Source: Ostrea edulis (Eukaryota). From it: DNA of 64,000 nt. The position numbers and the translations under genes are program-made. How positions within the stretch are numbered: position 1 is the first letter of the stretch; the number at the start of each line of letters is the position of its first letter. Positions 14,201 to 26,200 of the stretch are shown piece by piece. The stretch is taken from contig NC_079166.1 of assembly GCF_947568905.1 (NCBI RefSeq), forward strand, positions 14,384,001-14,448,000. Direction: 5' to 3'. The notes under the pieces are model-generated. The model searched no databases, was not told the DNA's origin, and saw only the letters and a list, made by a program, of their open reading frames with translations.

Positions 14201-17200
14201 GTGTAATCAGAGTGACGTTTAACAAAGTAATTCTTTGGATGACTGATCAATAGATAGCAATATTTGCATTTTCCATTTTTGTTGAAGAAGCCAAAGTCTA
14301 TGATTTAAAAAAGTTTAGTCTTTAATTTATCGTGGGGAATGGTCGTGTAGAGTGTTGAAAAGTCAAATGTTTTGATGTTGTTGATTTGAGAAAATTTTTC
14401 GATTTCAAGTTTACTAAAAGTTCTGTAGAATATTTTAGAATCCACATTTGATTTACACCACTTCTGGCATATGTGGTCGCACAGTACGTGTTAAGTTTCT
14501 CCTTCAAAGCAGTGAACAGATAATTCTTTCTAATTTAGATTACATTCAACAAAACTTAATAAGTGTACTTCGAATGTGTATTAAAGGGGTTTGCACTTGA
14601 TATTAATGAATTTAAAGGTGTGTTTTTTTAAAGAATCAATGTTCTATTTGGAAAAATATGTCAACCAAATTGATAAATTACATTATTTGAACTAGTTCCA
14701 AGTCTCAACTATTTGTATCATATTATAAAACTGAAATAAACATATTGAAGTAAAAAGATAGATGATATGTTGAATGAAACAGAAAATGTAATATCACGCA
14801 CATTTAGAACTTTTTGATTGACCAATCCTTCCGCCACAAAATACAATCCCTGTCAAAACCCTTTCAAAATTTGAATTGACAGGAACTTTTTCAACTGCAT
14901 AGGGTTCAGAAACAGATGTGTAATATGTTTGCACCAATGGAATGAACATTGAACCAGTAAATACTTAGTTGTAGCATTCTGCGCGGTTGTCTTCAAAAGC
15001 ACAGGGGCTAACGTTTTTAACAAAGCATTAAAAGGTAAAGATAATGATAATTTAAAATAGCTGGAAAACGCCTTGCCTATTTACCAGTAACAGTTCAATA
15101 AGCAAGCATTCCATTAATTAATTCCACACTCAATTATTTCCAATCATTTTGAAAGTAAGAATTCAGAATTACTACTTTCTCTCTAATGAGATTATAGTAA
15201 AAAGTAACACCTGTTATGTCTCCCAGTGCATCTTCTGGTAACGTGAACTTTGTACCATCGTCAACTGCATTTTCTGTTTCTTTCGGAAATACTATTTTCT
15301 GTTTTGGAATCCGTTCGATGTTCAACACTGACAAATAAAATAAGTTTACTTGTTTAATTATCCTCTATCTGTCATTTACTATTGTAACAAAGAAGCACTA
15401 TTACCAGTATCATGCCTTACAAAGATTGTCCCTCTTCACTGTTACGCTCTGATTCACTGTAAGAGCTTTCGTTACCGACTTTGCGAATCCGTCCACAGAC
15501 GATAATATTTGACCCGTAACCTTAAAATAATTTCAGACATTTAAGTAAATTATCAAACTATTACACTGTACGAAGAGTAAATTGCAGTATCACATGTATG
15601 TGTATGATTTTTGTATTAATTTTGGACTAATATTTAATTTTGCTTGAACAGTGTTACTTCTTTCCCTTGTGTCTTGTTCTTAGTTGTCACGTGATCTTTT
15701 CCTGTGCCCAGTAGATTACTGACAACACCCATGAATGTCTGTAAAAATACACATTCTAACGTTTTAGGTATGCAAAGCTTGAATATATAGAAACCATGTA
15801 ACGGTGCATAAATTTTATGATAAACACTGCGTACAGCCAGACTTTCCACAAAAATAAAGTCAACGACGTATGTGATAAGAATATGTACGCCAAATGTCTT
15901 ACCTCTGCTGTTTTCTCAGCAGCCTTCTGATCTGTAAATGTGATGTTTTTCTGTGATATCTTGGCTATAAGATTAACGCTCTGTACGATATCCACACTTG
16001 CCATGCCCTTTTCCCCAGGCGAGGACGTTTGATTGACGATATCAGATATAGTTGATAGAGATGATTCGACCATAGATTCGGAGATGTTTGGCGAAATGTT
16101 CAAAGCCTTAAACATTTGCAGAAACAAACTTTAGTTTAATGAACAGAATCCATTGTATTTACTTCAAGATGGTTTCAGATAAAGTTTATAAATTCAGTTG
16201 TATACAGTACCAAAAGTAATCACATTAAGGGTACTGGATTTTTTCTTTACATTACCACTATTTCATGTAGCTTTAAAAGTGGATGCGAATATCCCTTATC
16301 ATTATAGATGATTTAACTCTTACATTTTCTAACTTCTCTAACTTCTCTTGCTTACACGTATCTGCATTTATTTCCCCCCATTTACCGTCTTTGCCACATG
16401 TTCTTTTTTGTGTACCTATAATTAAGAAGCCTTGTCAACAGGGCACCTTCACCAAAGAAAGGTCATTGCTAATAACGAAGAATGTGTTAGTCACCTATAA
16501 TACTAATAGATGTTTGGTTAATCTAAGAAATACCAGATATGTTAATTGCTAGCAAAACCACTAGACAAGATCGAAGCAATGATTACTCTTGTGTGTCACG
16601 TGATTTGCCCTTTTTTCATTTGATAAAAGATTACCCGAAGTTATCTGGGGAAAATGTCAGCGTTATTGCGGAACTATCATGTTTTGCTAATCTAAATTCG
16701 TTTTAAGGACACGTGGTGGATTATGTAAGTTTCCCCTGCTTTGTCAACAAAACATCGAATAACGGATGGTAGGATGGTATACTGCAAGACTTACTATTAC
16801 GTTAGCTCTTCTACCGAATATATCGCGCTTCGAAATAGGATATGACGTCATAATACACAAATATTTCGCCAAGTCATCCCCAAATACATACTATCTTACC
16901 TTAAGGGTCATAAAATAAATTATATCAACAAGTGAATAGTTATGCCATGTTGATCTATGTGTGTATTCAAACAACGTATCATTCGTTTATCTTTCTCTAA
17001 ATATAATCATTCATTTTTTTTATTATTCATCTCTTTCCGTGACTGACGGAAACCTGATAGTGTCTGCTGTCATCAACTTGAACTGCTATTGTGTGTATGT
17101 TTATCTGTAGTTATGGAGGCCTGGAGGTAACTAGTACAGAATAGTATATGTTCATACAGACAAGTCACCGCATACGATAACAGATTGGTATGGAAGAAAA

Positions 17201-20200
17201 CACACCAAGGCTAAATATGAAGTCCCGATGCACTGTTTACATCAACAGTGTTATATTTTCCGCGTTAAATGAATAGGCCAATCAATGGTTGCAAGACATT
17301 AAGGGTCTTCGCTCGTCTTATCTCATAATTCGTATATCTATACATAAAACACTAAATCACAATACATATAATAACTGATGAAATCAAACGCAGGTGGGTG
17401 GATAAGGTAAATAGGGAAATATTCCACTTTGCTGGTCCCAATAAAACGCGCAAAACAGTACTTCGAATGCGCCTTCTTTATAATATGCCATCGTTTTAGC
17501 GATTGGCAAATTTAAAAAATAAGTGGTTTTCCACGTGTTTTTTTTTTGTTGTTTTTTTTATTTTTTTTGCTCAGAATTTGAATTCTTTGACATTATGTCA
17601 TGTTATAAAGTGGAATTTTAAAAGTGATAAATAATCAATGATATTTACATGATTTTTCAAAATTTTATCCGTTATTGATTTCACACAAGCCAATTCTACA
17701 TTAACGACTTTAATAATTTGACATGTGTAACCTCAATGTACACAAATATGCCAGTGAAGACCTTGTGAAAATATGTGATTCTTTGGAGAGCATAATTGGT
17801 CTTATTCTGAATCTGTAAATCTTGTGGTTTTGAAGTATTTGGATTGCAAAAGGACTCATCTTACAGCAGCCACGTTTGGAGCTGTAACAACAAAAATGTA
17901 TCAAGAAATTATCGATTAAAAAGTCATCCTGGTTTGAAAATCACAATTTAACATTGGAAAAAGTCATTTTTATCACAGTTTTTGTGTTTATAAGTGTGCT
18001 CAAGATTTTGTCATTCACGAACTGGATATTTCTTTAAAAAACAACTAATAACGGACTGGTATAATTTTGGACGAAAAGTGTGTGAAGTTTATTTGGAAAA
18101 ATACGGCAGTAACACATTGGAGGACTGTTAAAATTGATGAATCGAAATTGGGGGAATAGACATATCACAAAGGAAGACTTGTGGACGGAGTGTTGGTATT
18201 TGGAGGCATTGATATTCAATATGCTGTTTTTGTCAGTGTGGCGGACAGCACTGCGGATACCTCGGTGACTATAATTAAGAGACACATGTAAAGCCGGGCA
18301 CCATTATTATAAGCGTTTGTTGAAGAGCGTATATAGCTCCCTCAGTGAAGAAGGATTCAATCGTTTAACTGTGAGCCACAGGGTTAGTTTTGTAGATCTC
18401 CGAACTCCAGTGCCCACACAAATACGACAGAGTCAACTTGGAGGGCACTTAAAAAGCTTTGCCAGCACACGGAACACAGTATGATATAACATTACTTTGC
18501 ACAATATTGTGTGAGGAAAGTATTTCTAAAATAATCCGCCAATCCATTTCTCGTTTTGAAACGGACACGAAAATACAAGTTTCAAATCCAGTCCTAATCC
18601 TTCAAAAATCAAGAAAACTAGCTCTATCTTTTACAGATGTTACTAGCACCGACCTGTTTTATTGCAAGTCGCCGAAAATGAAATGGTGTCGAAATGTTTA
18701 CTTTTGCATAGCAACCAGGATATGGGTCGCGCTGCTTGCGCATTGTATAAACTTCCGGGGACCGGCAAAGGAAATTCTACTCATTCAAAAAGGAATGTTT
18801 TAAAAGGAAGTCAGCTATTATGACGATGAATCTAAATCTACCGCAAACCTTAAACCTTTAGGAACTATTCTACATCGTCATAATGATTGACTTCCTTTTA
18901 AAACGTGGATGAACAAAAGTCAGTATCAGCAAACTCCTTTCCGATTTAACTGCATTATTTTTTTTAACATCATAAGGTATTTTCAAATTTTCAATTTCAA
19001 AATATTGGTGTACATATTCTCTTTTCATCTACATAAAATTTCTCTGGTGTAACATTTCCCTTTAAAACTATTACCACGTTTTCATATCAACCAAAAACCA
19101 AAAAACCTCATCCAGATTCTAAACCTTAATTCTAGGGATGTCAACGAATATTCGACAATTCTTCGATACCATCGACGCTCGACTAATTCTTTTTTACTCG
19201 AATAGCTACTAAAAATTGCGCATCCTGATAACTGATCGGCATAATTTACCAATTTGAATCCACGTGTTCCAATGGCAGAGACTATTCCAAATATCATGGG
19301 TTTGCAGTTCATTTGAAATACCTGTAAACAGGGTGTCGAGCGTGTTGCCTAAATTAATTGTCATAATGGATGTTTACATTGCGGTGTACTTAACTAACTG
19401 ACGACTATTCGTTGGGACTTTACATCTGGGTAATCCTGGTCATGCTGTTATATACACTCAAAGTGATTACCGTATGTATCCCATAGAACGCCTTTACAGG
19501 CCTAAACTAACCTTTGTAAACTGTCAAATTTTTCATCACAATTCTATAATGATTTGATGATTTTGATATATTTCAAAACATGTAACGACAACCAAACTAT
19601 AATTATGAATGCAAGAAAAATAATTAGGACAACTGTGACTATGCATTTCAATTTCTAGAATGTTTGAATAAATACATAATCAATCAGAGAGATTTACCCA
19701 ATGTCTTATTTCCATGACTATTTTTGTCTTACTGCACACTTCATCAGAATGTTTACGATAAAAAAGACAATACCTGTATATCCGGAAGGACAAGGGGCCG
19801 TGGCGTCGTGTTCTGAAAGTGTACTGGGCCATATATTGACTGAAGGGCATAACGTGGTCTCTGCAAATCATGAAATGCATTATTTAGAGTACCGTATTGC
19901 ATAATCTGGTTCCCATTATTATGAAGTTTTGAGTAGCAAATATAAAGATGGCATTACAGAATTCAGGTCAATTTCAATAATTATGTGAAAGTTGTAAAAA
20001 AAAAAAAAAAACAGTATGGAAAAAATAAAAATCCTCCATACATAAATAATATATATTTGTTTATCAAACTGTTTATTGCCTGATAAAACACCATTTTTCA
20101 TTAATCAATCTTTATTTTATTGTTTAACAGTACTGAATTCATATGTGATCGCTCTTTACCTTTTCCCGTCACAGTAATTCTGGAGGATACCCCAAATTGA

Positions 20201-23200
20201 GTACAGTTTCCGAGCCCACACGTAAAATTCTCGCTGAAACGTCCATCAAATCGATAAGACTGATTGTACATGTCTCCGGTAAACCTATGTATTTCCGTCC
20301 CGTTGGCAAAGCACAACTTTAGCATGGTGTCATTTGAATCAAAATATGCTTCCTCCACATTTCTGATGTGGCAGTTGATATCAACTGATTCGGTCTCCGC
20401 TACAACTGTGCTGATAGGCCGCATCACCAGAACAGGCATCTGTTTCAATTCTATATTCATTTCTGCTGTTCCGTTATAATATATTCCAGGAACGTCTGCT
20501 TCCACGTTACAAGTATATAGTCCTTAACAAAAGAGAACGAAGTAGTTATCGATCAGACTAACAAAACTACAACTCATTCATACACTGCAAGTGCTCTAAA
20601 TATATTGTTTACAGATACATGTACCTCTTATCTGAATAAAAAACAATATCCTTGAAATGCTCTAATTTTATGTCTAAACAAATTGAGAGTTCTTCCAAAT
20701 TTTACTTGAAAATGAGGATTTTAAATTCCTTATCTGATCATAACATAATTATTGTTCTAAGTTGTAGAACAATTATTTTTCACTTAATCCCTAGTGTAAG
20801 AGAAATATTTGCCCATGTTTGAAAGCCACATGAGATTTTTTTCTTTCTTACACTGCTACGACGTCATTGATTACGACGTTCTATATATTCTATTATTTAT
20901 GTACACATTGGGAAGTTTGAAAAATTGTTATTTTTATGCAAACGATTTATATTGTGTGTAGAGAACAAATATAACATATTTCATAATATCTCCTCAAAAT
21001 AGATAATTTAAAAAGATTAACAGCAATGCACCGTATGGGTATTGGGTAGGTGGGATAAGGTCGTTCTTCAGACGTTGTAAATCTGAGTTTCTAATTGCAA
21101 TGAATGAACATTAGACCTAGCCTGAATTTTGGCTATGTTCTTTGTCGCCGGGTTATATGCATGTCTCTTGGAGGTGTCAAGATGAAAACAGTTTTGCGAA
21201 TATTGATGTTTGTTTCTCCTACGCTGTAATTTCGTTGGATGTCGTCATTTTACGTTTTTCTAGTTTCTTTCCCGTATTATCCAAACGCTCGCTAAATATT
21301 TTGAACTGATATAAAATGACATTATTTGCCATACAAAACAGAATTATGAATTTTGGTTATGCAAATTAAGATTACAAATTACTTTTAGGATGCAAACTTG
21401 TCAGGTTCTGGTTTTTACAGACACACTATTTTACGTCTCGCACTTTAAATCAAACATTGCCTAGGTATAGAAATCCTCTATACAATATCTAGAATATTTT
21501 GATGAAAGTAAATAGGTGAATTATATATGATACAGACATCACAATACTTAGAAATGATAAAGCAATAAATTCGTGAAATATAAGCCGTTGTTCTAGTTGT
21601 TTCTATCACTCTATGATTTATCTGGACTACTTTGCATACTTTCGGGAATGGATAAAATAATATTAATGTAGATACTTGCCTTCCACAAGAATGCTGATTG
21701 GACGAAAATCTATAGCTGAAGAACAATATATGAAGTCACAATTTGAGGAGATCGACAAAATTGATGAATTTTGCAGTTTCACTCCATTCTTATACCAAGT
21801 AAAGTTGACTGTTCCAATCGAGAAATTCTGTGTAGAATTGAAGGAACACATAACGAAGCCGTGCTCAAGTTCTTCAATAATCGGCGAGTGTTCTATCAAT
21901 ACATCTAGATTTACAATATCTGAAAGAAAAAAAGTATGGTTATATGAGAAAAACAATTTATGTTCATTGTGTGTACATCTCTCCCTTCATTGATTGAAGG
22001 TTACCAACAAATAAGTTGATGTTACAGGAGTCTCAACAGTCTCGTTTAAAGACAGCATTTGGCAAATTTTACGGTCGTTATAACGATACAACCTGCCAAT
22101 AGGTCAAATGCTGTCTGACGTGTTTCGTACCAATTGTTAGATCGTTCTTTACACACTGATTTTGACTACACATTACTCCGTTTACCCGATTAAGATATAG
22201 GTCTCACGGCCAGTGTCAAAATGGGATGCTTACTCCTCCTGAGCACCTGACCTCATCTCTGGTGTGTCCAGGGGTCCGTGTTTGTTCACTCTCATATAAG
22301 ACTTATTGATCACTGTTTGTTATCTCCACTTTTTCATGCATGAAAGCTAACTATACATAGTATTATTGGGGTATTTTAGATTTTAGTTTATGATTAGAAA
22401 TTGCGATTATAAGATTACTACTACTGCATAATATATGTATCAAGATTAAGCAAAAAAATATAATGGTGTAGAAAACCTTGGATTATACCATAGTAATACA
22501 CAATTGTTGAAATAAGGATTGTCGTGATGTTGAATGTACGTTTACCTGGTAGAGTTGTGGGTATCTGTGACGTCGTTATAATTTCAGCAGTTGTAACCTC
22601 AGTCACCGTTGTTTCCCGTGGTGTTTCCGATGTAGTCGTTAGATATTCGTCGGTTGTTACAGTAGTTGTAGGAGTCACAGTAGTTGTGGGAGTTGCAGTA
22701 ATTATAGTAATTGTAGGAGTTGAAGAAGTTATAAGAGTTGCAGTAGTTGTAGGAATTGTGGGAGTTGCAGTAGTTGTGGAAGTTGCAGTAGTTGTAGGAG
22801 TTGTGGTAGTTGAAGGAATAGGAGCCCCAGTAGTTGTAGAAGTTATAGTAGTTGTGGGAGTTGTGATAGTTGTGGAAGTTGCAGTAGTTGTGGAAGTTGT
22901 GGTAGTTGGGGTAGTTGTGGGAGTTGTGGTAGTTACAGTAGTTATAGTAATTGTAGGAGTTGAAGAAGTTATAAGAGTTGCAGTAGTTGTAGGAATTGTA
23001 GGAGTTGTAGTAGTTTTAGGAATAGGAGCCCCAGTAGTTGTAGAAGTTATAGTAGTTGTGGGAGTTGTGGGATTTGCAGTAGTTGCAGTAGTTGTGGGAG
23101 TTGTGGTAGTTGTGGGAGTTGTAGTAGTTGTGGGAGTTGTGGTAGTTGTGGGAGTTGTGGTAGTTGTGGGAGTCGTAGTAGTTGTAGGAGATGTAGTAGT

Positions 23201-26200
23201 TGTGGGGGTTGTAGTATTTGCAGTAGTTGCAGTAGTTGTGGTAGTTGTGGGAGTTGTGGTAGTTGTGGGAGTTGTAGTAGTTGTAGGAGTTGTAGTAGTT
23301 GTGGGAGTTGTAATATTTGTAGGAGTTGTGGTAGTTGTGGGAGTTGTAGTAGTTGTGGGAGTTGTGGTAGTTGTGGGAGTTGTAGTAGTTGTGGGAGTTG
23401 TGGCAGTTGTGGCAGTTGTGGGATTTGCAGTAGCTGCAGTAGTTGTGGGAGGTGTGGGAGTTGTAGTAGTTGTGGGAGTTGTAGTAGTTGTGGGAGTTGT
23501 AGTAGTTGTGGGAGTTGTAGTAGTTGTGGGAGTTGTAGTAGTTGTGGGAGTTGTGGTAGTTGTGGGAGTTGTAGTAGTTGTAGGAGTTGTAGTAGTTGTG
23601 GGAGTTGTAATATTTGTAGGAGTTGTGGTAGTTGTGGGAGTTGTAGTAGTTGTGGGAGTTGTGGTAGTTGTGGGAGTTGTAGTAGTTGTGGGAGTTGTGG
23701 CAGTTGTGGCAGTTGTGGGATTTGCAGTAGCTGCAGTAGTTGTGGGAGGTGTGGTAGTTGTGGGAGTTGTAGTAGTTGTGGGAGTTGTAGTAGTTGTGGG
23801 AGTTGTAGTAGTTGTGGGAGTTGTAGTAGTTGTGGGAGTTGTAGTAGTTGTGGGAGTTGTAGTAGTTGTGGGAGTTGAGGTAGTTGTGGGAGTTGTGGTA
23901 GTTGTGGGAGTTGTGGTAGTTGTGGGAACTGTGGGAATTGTCAGAGATGAAGGAGCTGTGGAAATTGTAGGAACTGTGGTAGTTGTGGGAGTTTTAGTAG
24001 TTGTAAAAGTTATAGTAGTTGAGGGAGTTGTGGTAGTTGTGGGAGTTGCAGTAGTTGTAGTAGCAGTTGTAGTAGTGGTAGTGGTAGTGTTTACAGGATT
24101 TGTCGTGATAGTCAAACTAACTGTAAGTGAACCTAAATAAAATAAAAATACTACATTTGGTTTTCCTCAGTAGCAAGCGATGGACATCATAGTGAACACG
24201 TGAACATGCTGAATGAACAATGGTAGTTTTACTGTATGCATTTTGTTCTAAATCTGCATGTAATCACCTTAAATGTAGCCTTAACTTGATTTAAAGTGGA
24301 AAGATTTGAAGTTTTTATTGTATTTCATAATCTTCAATAGGACATACAAAATGACGTTACAGTTGAGAAAAAAGATACTTTGTTTTACATTAAATTATTT
24401 TTATGGTAGGGATGTCAAATAGACTAGTGTTTTGAGTATCCAATACATGTAGTATGTGCATGAATTTTCAATAACAATGATAAAGTAATTCTGAAATGGT
24501 AGAAAACATTGTACCATTTGTCATCTGGATAACACAGCTTCATGTAGTTTGTAGAGGTCTTATAACTTAATTCTGTTTTCTGCCTCGGTAATGGACATGT
24601 ACAAGCGTAATACTAACATCTTGTGATGGTCATGTTTGTAAAACAAGTAACACATATTGTCGATCAAATCTTAATTCACGTGGTTGAAATGTAAGATTTC
24701 CATGTCAAACAGACACTAATTTATTTGTCTTTTATCGTTAGTATTTGCATTCATCTGTATATCAGAATTGCAATACCTCTAACCTGCTTAGTGTTGTAGA
24801 GACTTGGGGAGTTCATTTATCATCTAACTAGTGACAGAGAAGTCTACAGCACGCCATTTATCAAATGAAATTTTAATGTTATTACATAATACAGTATCAT
24901 TGCTTTAACTGACAAAAATGGTTTGTTATAAAGCATATCTTTGTAAAAACTGCTATAAAAGATAAATACTTTTGTTCTTTAAGGATTATCAAATTATCAA
25001 ATATGAGACAATCACAGACACTCGCACAATATTGATTTAAGATTTTAGTAGATGAAAAATGTAGGCTTACGTATATCAAAGACCTTTCATAGAATTAAGA
25101 AAGTCTAATAGAACACTTAAAAGATTAAAAAGCGATAAAACAAAGTGCGAGCGTCCTCTCTCCTGGAATGATGTCACTCAGGTCTTGTAACCGACACGAA
25201 AACTGTTCCCCATCAAGCCCCAATCCTCCGAAATGCGAGAAAAATCTTCCTTAATTTCACAGACATTATCAGTAGCTTAAGCATAACAGTCTGGATGATT
25301 TTCAGAAAAAAGAAGTTCTTATCATTATTGATTGAACCTGTTTTATTTTAAAGTCACCGGAATCAAAATGGTGTCGAAATGAGTTAACTTGTTCATGGTG
25401 TTCCAGCAAGATAGGCGTTGCGTGACATGCGCATTGTGTAAATTTATGGGGACTGACAAATCAAATTTAAGGGTGTTTTGTGAATCAAATGCTTTCTAAA
25501 GCAAACCTAAGAGCAACAATTCTATTAAAACATTATCAATTTAATTTTGGATATTTTGTAGATACATGATCAAGATATAGGGCTCACGGCGGGTGTGACC
25601 GGTCGACAGGGAATGTTTACTCCTACTAGGCACCTGATCCCACCTTTGGTGTGTTCAGGGGTCCGTGTTTGCCCAACTATCTATTTTGTATTGCATATAG
25701 GAGTTATGAGATTGATCACTGTTCGTTATCTTCACCTTTCACGTACCTCTAATTAGATAGTTGCTCTCTCAAAAGTAATTATTGCGCGCACTAATTGAAT
25801 TTATGATATCATTTATCTAAGGTAAATCAAATACAACTTTGTTCATGATAGAAATATGTCGTTTAGAAAAATGTTATTCCCTGGATAAGATAAGATATTT
25901 GATAAACTATTGATAGTGAAAAGGTTTATTTTTTCCATCTATGTACATGTATTATTAGAAAAATGATGTCAAGGACAATAACTCCTATGCTGGTATTTCC
26001 TACACTACATGTTGTCAATTATTTCCCTAATATCCGCAATTGATTTATACATATTCATAAATTTGAAGTTTTTTAAACTGTTGGTATTTTGAATTTGTCA
26101 TTTGAACAAGTTTTTCTCAATTTCTATGATTCTGATTTTCTGATGTTGACCTACATTTCTGTGTTGCTATGTCTGACACCTTACAGAAATGTGGTAACAT

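Noticed and set aside
22524-24140. 538-aa Val/Gly-rich plus-strand ORF
   Set aside because: It is the antisense shadow of the Thr/Pro mucin exon; the minus frame has matching splice sites and domain context.
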